DNA of 64,000 nt from Azolla caroliniana (lineage: Eukaryota; Plantae; Polypodiophyta), in contig JBHGNT010000001.1 of assembly GCA_043228905.1 (NCBI GenBank), positions 9,238,001 to 9,302,000 on the forward strand, given 5' to 3'. Position numbers and translations under genes: made by a program. The notes under the pieces were generated by a model that worked only from the letters and a program-made list of their open reading frames with translations, did not search any database and was not told the origin of the DNA. Shown one piece after another: positions 40,949-54,300 of the stretch (the stretch's first letter is position 1; every line of letters begins with the position of its first letter).

Positions 40949-41161
40949 GTAAAATTCGTGTTCGTCTAGCGTAACATTCGTTTTCCTACGTTATTCAAAC
41001 ATTCGTGTGTTTATTTTTTCCCATTTTTTAAATGTTTTTTTTCCATTTTTAAAGGCTTATTATTTACCTCATAATAAATAGTTACTCCAAAAGTATGGTA
41101 TTTATCATTCTTTGAGGGTGTTTTTTCTTACGCGAATGGTTGAAACATTCGCGAATTTCAC
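40949..41161. mobile_element. Dispersed repeat (MITE-like), copy 2, with imperfect ~12-bp terminal inverted repeats
   Basis: Homologous to 27986-28165 apart from a 20-bp indel. The ends read GTAAAATTCGTG ... CGCGAATTTCAC. Confidence 0.7.
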
Positions 41162-41538
41162 AATCCAAAAGAAGACCTCATTTCTCATACTCCAATTTCA
41201 CAAGAGACTAATTTTAGAAAACTGGGTTTCTAAAATTTGAGAACTACCCTCCATTTCAAATTCTTAACAAAATTTGGAATTTCCCCTGCTTCTCATCATC
41301 ATCATCATCATCGTCGTCGTCTTCTTCTTCTTCTTCTTCTTCTTCTTCTTCCTTCTTCTTCTCCGCTTTTTCTTTAAATGAAATCCTAGCAAAAGACAGA
41401 AAGAAAGAAGCAATTTTTGTGTCTAAGCAAGAACAAAACCCTAATTCACACAGATAGCCCACAGTCGTCCACTGCAGAAAAATGCAGAAAGCCTAACCTT
41501 CACAGGTGGAAAAAACCCCAACCCAGCATACTGTCATC

Positions 41539-44336
41539 ATGTCTTCACAAGGATCACCTAGATCTGCACAATATACGAAACAAGAAGAAAAAGAAGGAAA
41601 ACGCCCTGAAGAAGTAGAAAAGCAAAGAGAAGAGGAAGAAGAGAAAGAAAGGAAAAAACAGGAACAAGAAGAAGGTAAAGAAGAAGAAGAGAAGAGGCTA
41701 TGGAAACATCCATGGGATCCTCATACACCTTATTTCAGCTGGTTCCTTCCCGACTGTTTGAGACCATTTCCTTCTTTTGAAGGATGGTTTGCTCGTGTGT
41801 CGGATTTTGAACAAGGTATAAGCATCGCCACCATCATGGCCACAAACTATGTCACATCTGAGACCTTTGCTGCTGTCCTCTTCTCCTTTAACTCCTCACA
41901 TCATCAGGATTCTTCTACTCATGGATTTGAACCTCATCGAACTCACTTGTTTTGTGAACTATCTATGGTATATCCCTTCCCCTTCCGCTCAATCCTCTTG
42001 TTCTTTAGTGTTTTGTTACCAATTTCCATTTTTCTGTTTTAGCTTTATGCATACTACGCCTTTTTTTCTGTATATATATTGACACTATTGCTTGTGTCGT
42101 GCATTGAACAATGATGGTTTCTGTAGCTTTGCATTCACTCGGATTTGTGGATAAGTTCATCAGTATCATACACTATTGATATCAAACTCTTGTATCATGT
42201 ATTAGCTGATGGTTGCAAAATTCAGTCTCGTAGATTAATCATTATTCAATACATGACACTTATATCATATATAAGATCATGGTTGTAACTTGAATCCCAC
42301 AGGTCATTTTGACTTTTTTATTAGAATTAATACTACACTTGATGTGTCAGAGGATGTTGGTAACTTTGGTCTCAAACAAACAGATTTGGAACTTGGTTTG
42401 ATGTTAATATTGCATTTCATCTCTCTCATTATCTCAGATAAGGAAGAGTTAAGATGTGAAGGTAATGATCTCCTCATTGCCCACTTAAGTAGGGTTCTGA
42501 CACCTTGTTTGGTGTTTCTTTTGTACTCTGATTCTGTGCAGGATTCTCATTTTGAACACATCCGGCCATCTCCACATACATCTACTACATCTCGTCACGA
42601 ATCTGCTGGATTCAAATGGCATTCAGCTAATCTCGGCACTATCATTTCTCGACCACATGAAACTATCATGGATCTGAATGTTCAAGGATTCCGGTTCAAG
42701 TCACACATGTTTAATGAGGTATTCACTATTTACCTTGTGTATGTATGACTAAACTGGCTTCCACTGTTGGGGTGTGTGTGTGTGTCTGTGCACATGTATT
42801 CCAGGTCCACCTAGGATTATGACTTTCGATATACAAGCTAATTTTGTGTGTAATGAATTGGATTGACATTTATGTACATGCCCACATATGGTATGCGTAA
42901 AGTCATGCCTGGAATATGAATTGGCTCTACAAAAGTCAATTGAATGTGTGAGGACGCACTAGCGATTTGGTTTCAATTTGTTGTGCACATCCCCACATAT
43001 GATACCCAGTATGGTAGGCCCACATATGATATCCATAAGGCTATGCTGTAGACTATGGAAGATTGACTCTACAAGTTATCATGTGTCTGAGTTTAGCAAT
43101 GAATGGGGTTCACATAATAAGGATTCTTAAGGTTACTCCTAGGTGATGAATTGGTTCAACAAGTTGTCGTAGACATGATGCACCTACATATCCATAAAGT
43201 TATGGCAATGGCTATGTTGGCTCTACAAGTGATTGTACAATGTATAAAAGAATTGGATCATATCCAATATGAATTGATGTTTTCCAATACTCAATACAAT
43301 ATATTGGGATTCACTATCAGGTTCCGTGGGACAGTCATGATTTGAGAAAGGGACCTGAAGGTTGGGCCGAAAAAATAAAATATATGCCCACTCGTTGGCA
43401 TATTCGTAGCTTAGGATCTGAGTCTACATATGAGCTCTCACATGATCAAAAAGGGTTTCATATCAAAGGAAGTGGGTTGGCTCATCAAGAGAAGAATTGG
43501 GGACAGGCTTTCCCATCCGGACATGTATGGCTCCAGGCAGTCAGCCCAGATAATAAATTTCAGGTATGCAAATACTGGTCTCTGAAACTGAGTTTCAAAC
43601 TCTTTGGATCAAGTTCATTCAAAGGGAAACCAACAAAAAATCCCTCGGTTTTTGTTGATATTTACCAGAACATCCTTCACTTTCCAAAGAATTACCAGAC
43701 TGGTATTTTTGGGAAACCGGAGGTTATTTTGATAGATATCTGACAAGTTATGGGTGTTTTGGTGTTTTTTCCTTCATTCATTTGACCCTCGTGATGTGCT
43801 TTTAATTTTGAACGCAGATAGTGGGCTCAGTTGCGTACTTCAACATAGGATGTGGTCTCACCACGCCTTATGTCTATTCAATGGGTTATCGATCCCCGAA
43901 TGTCAATCTTGATCTAAGGTCTATTGATCCAGGAGTAATTATTAGAGATGTTGTGACTTCAGCTGAAGAGGGGAAGTTCTCGGTGAGGATAATTGGACCT
44001 TCCCACACTCTTCAGGTAATCCTTTCATGTCCTCTTATAATGTCTCCTTTGGCAATGCTCATTTAAGCAAGCTCCTTTTTTTCTCCTATTTTCTAGATAA
44101 AATGTAGTGCTCCACCCAGCAGTTTTTCGGATTTGATATTATGTCCAGTCGGAAAGCTCTCATGGAAACCAGCTTGCTCCGAGTCTTATTTTGCTAGGAT
44201 GGAGATCAATGTCTTTAAGCATAAGCTTTGGGGTCGCATTGGTAAATCTGTGCTAATAGAAACTCAAGTATTTGAGTTTGGGGCCTTGGAGTTTGGGGAA
44301 GAATTGCTCATGCAAAAACACTTTCATGAAGACTGA
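41539..44336 (+). CDS. Divergent tocopherol-cyclase-like protein (not canonical VTE1); exons approx. 41539-41967, possible small exons at 42302-42461, 42542-42718, 43321-43563, 43818-44015, 44097-44336
   Basis: Motifs PH...FEGWF.R, GPEGW...P..WHI.SLGS, G.AHQEKNWGQAFPSGHVWLQA and C.ESY...ALEFG are tocopherol cyclase fold signatures. The N-terminus is E/K-rich. The internal exon structure at 41967-42542 is uncertain. Confidence 0.75.
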
Positions 44337-45329
44337 TGGATTTCCCGGAAAATCGATGTAAAATTGGAAAGAGAGAAGAATTGGATTGGTCAACAAGATG
44401 GTTTCCATGAAGGCTAATGGATTTCCTAGGAATCAATAAGGAAATTGTACATACGAACCCCAACTCTTTGGTGAAGGTAAATAAAACAATATCAAACTCA
44501 CTATCATTGAAGAAAGCACATCATTAAGTTGGGTTTTTGCATTTTCATAATCTCAGTCCCAGCTCAAGAAGGACTAGGCCGTATTGATATTGGGTTCTTC
44601 ATATGCTTGAAATTGAACTAAAACTATATTTGTTATATTTTGTATAATTTCATGGTTACCTTATGCATTGAGATTAAAAAACTTCTTTGTGTAATATTTG
44701 AAGTGATTCTATCTATTATAGAACCATTCTGTCTAAAATTCAAGCAGGGTCTTGGCAGTTCAAAATTAAAAATGTTGTGAAGACCATATTGAAGAAGAAG
44801 TGATGATTATATTTCCTGGACCTGTAATAAATGTGCATAGTTATATTTATGACATAAAAATTGTTCATAGAAATGATAAAAGGTGAAAGCAAATCCTAAT
44901 CTTAATTAAATCAATCAATCATGTCTGCATTTCCAAATAAGGAACTCCACATGGGAGCATATGATATGCAGATGGAGAAGGCAAGATGTATCATTAAGTG
45001 AAAATGTGCACGTTTTATAGTCTTCCTTTGTCATGGAATTTAGATCTTACAAAGCCACACAAAGTTTGAGAAGGTTTCCTGTTATTTTTAATTTTCAAGA
45101 AGTAACAGCAGAAAAATCTATACATTGCAATGGTAGAGATAGATACAGATGGTTAAGAATAATGACCAAAGCAAGAGTTTGAAACCATTGAAGGTCAAGA
45201 AATAACCTTTAAATGAATGGATCCAGGAATTGAAAGTTCAATGGCACCAGCCACAATGATTCAATTGATGAATGATAAAGTAGGTATATCAATCTAGTGT
45301 ATCTAGTCAAGAAACACTTGAGCTGGCGG

Positions 45330-45680
45330 CTAGTTCTCTTGGATCTTTTGAAGTATTGTTACATTGTTTGTTGTTTTCACTTTGTAAGCTTTGTTAGTCA
45401 TCCTGCAATCCCAAGTAGTACTTGATCAAGCTGCCAATATAGCTATAATTCTTAAAGATGCTAAAAGGATTAATATCATGGCACAAAATGAACACTTATC
45501 ATAACTCTTGGATCTTTTGAAAGTATTATCATGTAGGTTTTCATTTTGTAAGCTCCGTTTCTCATCTTGCAATCGCAAGTAGCATGCGATCTTCCTTGAA
45601 TTGCTATTAGTGAGTTGCCAACATTGATATAAATCTTGAAGATACTAAAAAGATTAATACCATGACACAACGAACACTTG
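45330..45680. repeat. Diverged tandem duplication, unit ~170-180 bp
   Basis: CTCTTGGATCTTTTGAA...TTTGTAAGCT...TCATC.TGCAATC.CAAGTAG...GCCAA.AT...CTAAAA.GATTAATA.CATG.CACAA occurs twice. Confidence 0.75.
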
Positions 45681-46294
45681 CTGTAATAAAAAACACTTGA
45701 CTAATTAGTTTTCATTATACGAGCACTTGAAAAAACAAACTAAGTTCAATGTTGTAAAAGTTGGAAGTAATCCTCCTATAAAAGAAATGTTCTCTCAACC
45801 TCGCCATAGGATTTAGTTATACCTATGAGAATGTCATTAAGAAAATTGGAATTGCAAGTTTGGTGAAACATGAAGATAAGTTTTTACTCACAATTTTAAA
45901 CTTTGTACTTCGGCCTTGTCTAAACATTGCAATGCATATAATAAACATGACAAGAGTTGATGTCATAAACAAAAAGTTGCTTTTCTAACTTACCAATTTC
46001 TACAAATTAATCATATCGTGGGAATAAATAAAATAAAAATGAAGCATTTTTTGCCTCAATGGTAGAAGCTTTTATTTGCATGCCAAACGTTTCTCTTTCA
46101 GACATCAATTTAACCATTTCTGTGTGACATGAGAATAAAATTGAACTCTTGCTTAATGATTGACCTCTTGTTATCATGTTATACTCTTATTTGTTGTATG
46201 GAATTACGGTGATGAACATTCACAAAAAATACTATCAATACACCATTGTACTATACTTCTATCATACCTCTAAACAAGTGTGGAAGATAGTCAA

Positions 46295-46368
46295 TTCCAT
46301 TGCCGGGATTTGAACCCAGGTCACTTGTGTGAAAGCCAAGTATCCTAACTCGACTAGACAACAATGGA
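46295..46368 (-). pseudogene. tRNA-Glu(UUC) pseudogene
   Basis: Eight substitutions relative to the intact copies, a mismatch in the anticodon stem, an altered D-loop GG, and no nearby oligo-T terminator. Confidence 0.85.
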
Positions 46369-48123
46369 AGTGGTTTACATTCTATCTCTAATCTTCTATG
46401 CTTATTCCTTGGCTAAACTTGATGAAATCTTCTCCCCATAATATGTTGTCTTTATTATTATTGTTTAGTTTATGATCTTATATGGCCTTTTAAGATATTG
46501 TTTCTTTGGATCTCCTTTAAGCTATTACGTTGATGAATAATCATCTCACTTAAACATAACTATGGTTCTTCATTTCATTTTTCGAGGGCTCAATGCCATG
46601 TCTATCCATCCACATCCCATTTTTTGTTTCAAGTGTGAACAATATAAAATTTGGAGTTGTTTGTCAATTGTGTCCCATAATTTACCAGATACAATCTATT
46701 ACAAGTGGAACCAATAGGGCATCCACCTCCTAATAGGATTTGGGTTGGGAAGATCGTGATAAATGATATAAATATGTTCTATTATTGTCTTCAAATGTGA
46801 AACATGACCCATGGGGTGAAAAATGAAACATCCATACATAATGTGTGACTAAAGTTGTGTCTCTCGATGGTCATGAATTTTATCAATAAACATTATCGTC
46901 GAGATCTACCATTGAAATTGTCTAAGCCATGTGTGTAGAGCGTCTACCGAACTAACAATGTGTGGAAAGCAAAGTCTAATGTGATTAATGAAACATTTTA
47001 TGTCAAAGTGTGATACACAAAGTCCTAAACTTATTTAAGACAAAATATGCATAGGCAACCAGTCTCCTTACATGTCCCAACACCCCATCTCACATTCAAG
47101 AGAATCAGAGCTAAAGCATGTTGAAGCAATATTGCATATAGTGGATAAAGGAATGGGTTGTTGTAACATGTCTCAATGAGACTGCAGGTTCCCCCCATTT
47201 AGAGAAGAAGATGGTTTTGTACTTTTGTTCAACATATGTAATGACCTCCACACCTTTCCCAAGGTATGATACAATGGCATTGCAAAAAATCTTGTAACTT
47301 CTCGTTTACAAAGGAATCTATTAACACATCATGAAGCAAATGTGTAGCATCCTATTTTCCAAACCATGTCTCCATACCTTGTATCCATCTAGAGCTCAAA
47401 TTTTTGCTTTTATGTGCCTCTTGAATATATTTACTTGCTTCTAATGTAATCATACGAAGTTGATGTTTGGGTTTTTTCTTTGACCTTAATAATGTACTAC
47501 ATGACCTTTTCAATAATTAACGTCACTACATTATGGCTTGACAATTAGTGTGTTCTTAGCAAAGGAGTTAAAATTGATCAAATGGCAAACACCCAAGTGT
47601 AGGAAAAGATACTAACTCTCTACCAATAGACGTGTTCACATCTTCACGGCTATTGCATCGGGTACCAATAGAGTTTCACAATCACCAAGGACGTATGAGT
47701 ACAACAATAGGCATGTGGGTTTTTAAATTGAAATTTAGTTCGGCAATTTTTGCAACTAAGCATTGCAAGCGCCTTACCCTAAAGAAGTTCCATTTCGTCA
47801 CCAAGTATCGCAACACTTTAGAGGGTTTACCTTGACATAAGATATAATACCACGAAAGATCCTAGAGCACCATCAATCATGGGTTACATTTCAACTTAGG
47901 CCTACACGTAAATACCATGATCTATCTATCATCTATCACAACAACATTTAGCCATTCGTGAATATCCTATGACATTTATAAAATTTTCAACATATATGAC
48001 GTTTGAGTGTTGTGGTTCCTACGAGAGAGAGTTTGTATTGAAAAAGGAAGAAGAAAAAACAAATAGAAAACATAGTCACAATGTAGAACAAATAAAAAGG
48101 ACAAAAAACCAAGGTACACTTGT

Positions 48124-48197
48124 TTCCATTGCCGGGATTTGAACCCGGGTCGCCTGGGTGAAAGCCAGGTATCCTAACCGGACTAGACGACAATGGA
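48124..48197 (-). tRNA. tRNA-Glu(UUC)
   Basis: The reverse complement is identical to the tRNA at 30878-30951. A T-run terminator lies about 15 nt downstream. Confidence 0.96.
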
Positions 48198-49857
48198 ATA
48201 TGTAACTTTTTCATTAAAAATCTGTATACTTGTTATATTTTAAAGCTATCATTTAAATATTTGTCATATAGTACATATATGAGAACTCAAGGATGAGAAA
48301 TTGAACCCATGTTGTGTTTATGTCCTCTATGAAACTTTCCAGGTTTACAATGATTCCCATTATTAGCATTTAACGTTACCAGATTGACTTTCACCTTATT
48401 ATAGACCTCAACTTGACCAAGTTTGCATAGGCAATTGATGCAAAACAAGCAAGCATACTTTTTGGATTTCTTAGATGTAAAAACATATATTCCATAATTT
48501 TCCCAAATAGACATGGGCAAATTACTCCAAAGTGAACTCCATTTTATGGCTTAACCATGTTTCAAGTTACTCAAGATAGATATATACCTATATTAGGATT
48601 TAATCATCAAAATCTTGAAGAGAAATTACAAGAAAATAGCTCATCCTTGGTGTCGCTTCCCATCATGATTACCAAGATCATGATGGAAAAAAAAACATTG
48701 ACAATCAATGTACAATTTGTTGTTATTTTCCCTTTCTTAGTACAGAAAAGTTTTATAAGGAAATGATTGAAGCTCCACACATCTATCTTAATGCATGATA
48801 CGTTGGTACAAGGAGACGTATATATTCTCCTTGACCATGTAAAGAATTGCATGGGTGAAGACACAAAATTATTTATGTAAATAAAATTGATCAAAATACA
48901 TCCTCGTTGCTAGTTGAGATTTTGGCTAATGTTTGTGAATATAAAATCTTCATGAGAATATAGTTTTATGTACACATACATTAGTTTTAACGAAATCAAG
49001 TTTCGGTAGCAATATCTTAAGAGAAGGTTTCCATGAATTGTTTCTCCTTTAAACATACATATTTTACTTGATTCTTTGGCAAGTACTTGTGAGAGTAGCA
49101 AAAGATTTTTATGGAGGGACTCAAACACATGTTTTATGTGTTAAATATTGTACAACATACATGGTAGTCTTTTATTGTAATCGTTTTTATGTGATCCATT
49201 CAAGTCCATTCGTTGGAATGTGAGAAAATTATTCAGAAATAATCATCATTCATGAGATTTATTGCTCATAACAATTTCACATACTTTTTCTTATTATACA
49301 TATAAACACTATATGCGTATTTGTTGATTTTCATCTCTACATTCATACATATATGTTCTAGTCCAGCTCCATGTAATCAAAATATAATCCATTGATACTC
49401 ATTCGAATCCATTCACATATGGTGTCGATGTTTGGAAACAATTTCTATAAATACTCGATGACTCATCAGGCTAAGAGCTCTCCATCATAAAAAAATTGAT
49501 ATTGATATGTAGAATCTATTTAATTGAATATATGATATGAGAGATGGATACATTATTGATAGGTTGATTGATTCCATTCACATGGTTCGAAATAAATGTC
49601 AGAACAAACCATGGTTCTAGTAAATTTGATGAAATCAATGGGGAGAGGGTAGACAACAACAAGATGAAAAGAGTAGGGTTAGTTAGGCCCAATATCATTG
49701 GAAACTATGAAGTTGGAAATTATGAGAATTCATGGTATACATATATACTTGACTTTCTTAGTTTATCTATTTAGAATATAATCTAACTGTGTACAACATT
49801 CCAAAAGAGGATAAAAAGCACGGGAACAAAGACCTAGAAAAAAAAGCATAAGGAGAC

Positions 49858-49930
49858 TGGAGATGCGGGGTATCGATCCCCGTACCTCTCGCATGCTAAG
49901 CGAGCGCTCTACCATCTGAGCTACATCCCC
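49858..49930 (-). tRNA. tRNA-Ala(AGC)
   Basis: GGGGATGTAGCTCAGATGGTAGAGCGCTCGCTTAGCATGCGAGAGGTACGGGGATCGATACCCCGCATCTCCA, with the G3:U70 pair, anticodon AGC and a downstream T-run. Confidence 0.97.
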
Positions 49931-51332
49931 GTTTAGATGTGAAGGCAAACACAATTTTATGTAAAACAATAACGAGAGAATTCCCTTTGCACAATAAAAG
50001 GGTAGATTTTAGAACAAAAACTAGAAGGAAAACCATAGGGGATATGTACCGATATCAAGATAGGTTGCATATAATATATATAAAAACTCGAATGATCTTT
50101 GTAGCATCCTCTCACATAATTGCCAAGTTACATCCATTCAAGTTTTGATTCATTGCCACATGTTTCATTACCTTTCAAGTCGGCTTCTTCACAATCTATC
50201 ATTTGGTCCCTTTGAGGAGGCAGGTTAGGCCTACAAAACTTGGACTTTCTTTAGTGTTGAAAGAGAATTATCGCTTAGTTTCTTTTGCGGTGAGTTGTTT
50301 CACCATTTAACTTGCATGGTATCAGATGTTTATCAAGGGATAACATGCAAAGTACTTATTGGGTATATCAAACGTTTTGTCATTATTATCAATACATGTA
50401 GATGGAAATTCTGTTGATATCCCATTACTCTCATACTAGTTTTGTAGAGACTTTTTTGTAATATTGGTTAGCAATCATCTAAACAATGTCTTGTATTGTG
50501 GTTTTCATCCCAATATTCCACAGAGATTGAAAGTGGGAGAATGAGGAGGAGAAAGGACCAGAAACATATGTTCTAGGAATAGGTCAATGCGTTCTGGCTT
50601 CACTTGCCCAACCATGTGAATTTCATTGACGCAAGTTACACCATGTGTGTGTGGGATTGGAGCGGGGGACAACAATGAAGAGAATGACAATGGGACCGAG
50701 GAGGGCCACATCACGATGGTATTGTAGGTCTCTCTTATGTGCCGTTTTTTCCCATCATCTCAGTTTGCTAGGGATTCTTCTACCCATCTCTTGCGTTCTA
50801 GACTTCGCAAGGGACATACGATCTCTAACCCGCATCTCATCTCATGTTCTTTATTCCTATACAGTGGGTTGGGTTAGTGCGAGGTCCTTTTACTATGCCA
50901 TGTGGCCGTACTCCATTAAGTGGCTCTGGCATGATATATGATGGACTTACTCAGATCAAGTGGCTCTCTGAAATCGGGGCATTGTCTATCCGCCCCATGA
51001 TATGTCCACCCGCCATCGTGTTCTATCTACATGGGGATGGGAGGGGGGGGGAGGGAACACATCATCATCATCATCAATCATTTCATTTCACTCATGAAAT
51101 GGAATGCTATGATTTCCTTAAGTATTAGTATATTATTTTTGTATGTATGTAATGCATTATGTATATATATATGTACATACATAATACATATATGTAATGC
51201 GAATTACTATTCATTTGTTCGTGTCTTTGTGTAGCCGTCTTTGTAGATTCGAAGGAGAGGAAGGAGAAGCAGAAGCAGAAGGAGAAGGAGAAGAAGACAT
51301 TGTTAGAACAAGCAGAGAAGAGAGAGAAGGAT

Positions 51333-54300
51333 ATGGCTTTTGCTTCTTGTCGTGCTCTCTGTAGCCTCAATAGCAATGGCTCCATCAACCTGTCATCGTC
51401 TTCTTCTTCTTCTTCTTCTTCTCTCGCCTTCCCAAATTCCAGACCTCAGAATCAGCTCATCCTCATGCGCCATGGTAAATTCCCTGCTTGTGATTCTTTC
51501 TTTGCTTGAATTTCTCATGGGTGGATCTTTTAGCGTTCATATTTGTGTGTTCTCTCTGAAAAAGTAATCCTTCTCAGCCTAGTCCACAGCTCCCGTAAAT
51601 ATTCATGAATCCTTGTCTTTTTCATGTATATGTGTGTCATGAAAATTTCATTATTTTGTCAGGATGATTTTTTTCTTTCATTGCCTTTTGTTATACTGAT
51701 GGATCTAAATTCTCTTTACGGTATGAAAATGATTTTCAGTTCCAAAATTATTGTCTCCTTGCTTTTGAGCTTGGCACTTTGTTTTCATTGCTGTTGCTAT
51801 GAATGAAGCTCATGATTTTCAGCCTGTAAATTTTCCCTTTTTTCATGATTTTTTTAATACAGATGGATCTCAAGTCTCTATGCAGTAAGAAAACGATTTT
51901 CAGTTCTAAAATTATTTTTACCTTACTTTTGAACATGGCATGTTGTCTTCGTTGCTGTTGCTAAGAATGTTTTCAGCCTGAAAATTTTCATTTGTTAATT
52001 TTTTTTGAAATACTGATGGATCTCAAGTCGCTATGGGGTATGAAAAAGATTTTCAGTTCCAAAATTACTCTTTTCTTGTTTTTGAATGTGGCACTTCGTC
52101 CTCATTGCTGTTGCTATGAATGAAGCTTATGATTTTCAGCCTGAAAATTTTCATTTGTTCAGGATATAATCTTCTTTTTTATGGCTGTGTGCTTAGAGAT
52201 GTAATCCTCAGGGATCTCTCGTCTTCATGTCTGTGTGAGTTATGGAAATAATTCTTTAATTTCTTGTTGTGAGTCTTATGGATATTATCCTCCCTATGAA
52301 AGTTGATTTTTGCCTTGAAATCATTCTGTATTTCTAATGGATCCCTGGTCTTCATGTCAGTTTGTGTGCGATGAGCATTGATAATGACAATTCATTTCTT
52401 GTTGTTATGGATCTTTCAGCATGTGCATGCTATGAAATCATAGATCTTCATTTTCAACTTATCCATGGATTGTGTATATCTGAGGATTCTATGGAAAATA
52501 TTTTTCTGTCATCTCTTGTATTGTTTCATGCAACATGCTTCTCCTTATTAATTTATACTTCCAATTTTTGTTCTTCTGATGGGCCTTAAGGTTTTCCCAT
52601 GGAGTGTTTCTATCTACCCTTCTGTATTCTATGGAAAATATTTTCTTTCTCATTCCATTCATAACTGGTGCTTGTTCTAATAGTTCTTCAATCTATTCCG
52701 TCTGTTTGCTATGAAAACAATCTTCTTCTTGAAACCAGAGGGAAGAAGAGATTTTGAAGGAGACAAAAGTGAACGAATCAAAGGCTGGTAGTTTAGCTAG
52801 ATTTCTAACATTTCTCTGGCAAGGATGACACCATACACTGAAAATCTGGTGGTATTAGTTGCTGTGATAATACCAGACACTGATCAGATTCCATAATCTA
52901 GAGGTAAAAGATATTCAGAGGAAACCAAAATAAATGTGCCGTTGTTCAGTTTTGTCCTTTCCTGTTCTTCGAGCGTGCCTCTAGCGTAGAGCAGAAACCT
53001 TATGGCCTGGTTCGTTGAAATATGGAATCCCAGAACTGGAGAACTCCACACACCTCTGAGGTTGCACTCAGAAGAGCCAACTGTATGGTGATATTTTGAA
53101 TTGTATCATGACAATGATGACACAATACACTATTAGAATGCTCAGAATCAAGGTAAAAGTTTCAATGGAGACCAAAATTAATGTTCGAAGCTTGCATATA
53201 TGCAGATCGAATGTTTCTTTAGACTCTTCTATCCAGATTTTGTATGTTTTAATACTATGAAATACACATAAAATTAAGGGTAAAGCAATAATAATCCTTG
53301 ACATTTCTGCATAGTTATCAGAATGCCCCTCAGCTTTTAAGACTTGCCAGAATATCCGTGACTTTCTAAAATTGAGCAGTGTCCTGATATATTTGTCCCT
53401 AATTTAAAACGATAGATTCTATGAGCATGCACATTTTGTTGTAGCTGGCTGATAACTCGCTGACTGAAAAAATTCCTTTTGCAATGTGCATTGCAGGGGA
53501 AAGCATGTGGAATGACCTCAAGCTTTTCACGGGGTATAACACTCACATAAAATTCCCTTCGAAATCTCTATAATCCTGTGGTGAAAGAGGAATTGTATTT
53601 GCCAATTTTATGCTCTGAAAGAACGTTTTTCTCAGGGATGTCGATATTCCTCTTACAGAAAAAGGAATTATGGAAGCGCTTGCTGCTGGAAAAGCTGTAA
53701 GTGAGATTGATTTTGATATTATCTTCACAAGCAGACTTGTCAGATCAAAGCAAACTGCTCTCATCGCAATGACACAGGTATCCTTTATTGATGATTCGTG
53801 TTTATATGAAAATAAGTACAGTTGTATTTTGAGAAAATAAACATCTGCTTACCATCTGAAATTTTTGCATTGGCTCACTTTCTAAGAGGCCTACATTCGA
53901 AAAGTTTTTAAAAGCGCTGAATTGAGTGTTAGGATTGTAAAAGAGTTGTTTACTTCACTTTATGATGTTAAGATAAAATTGTTCGAATTCTGTTTTTTCA
54001 CTTTGCAATCAATTGTTCAATTTTTCTGAATATATTTGAATTTTCACTATTACTTTGAGTTAAAATTGTGCTTTCTTATGCTACTTTCTCTAATGATCCA
54101 GAAGTTCCCTTGTCAGTTTTAATATAGCTATTGCAACACTTCACTTCTATAGATTTCCAAAGGTTAATTAATTCATACAAGATAAATTTTAAGTATTGTG
54201 TCACTCTATGTTATATAAAAGTTTCTGAAAGGTTAATTACTTGAACTAGTTGTGTTTAGAAATTGTGTATTGTACTTTAATTCTTCCATCTCCCTTTATA

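Noticed and set aside
46950-47900. Coding-like decayed sequence, possibly a hAT transposase on the - strand
   Set aside because: No intact diagnostic motif could be read with confidence.
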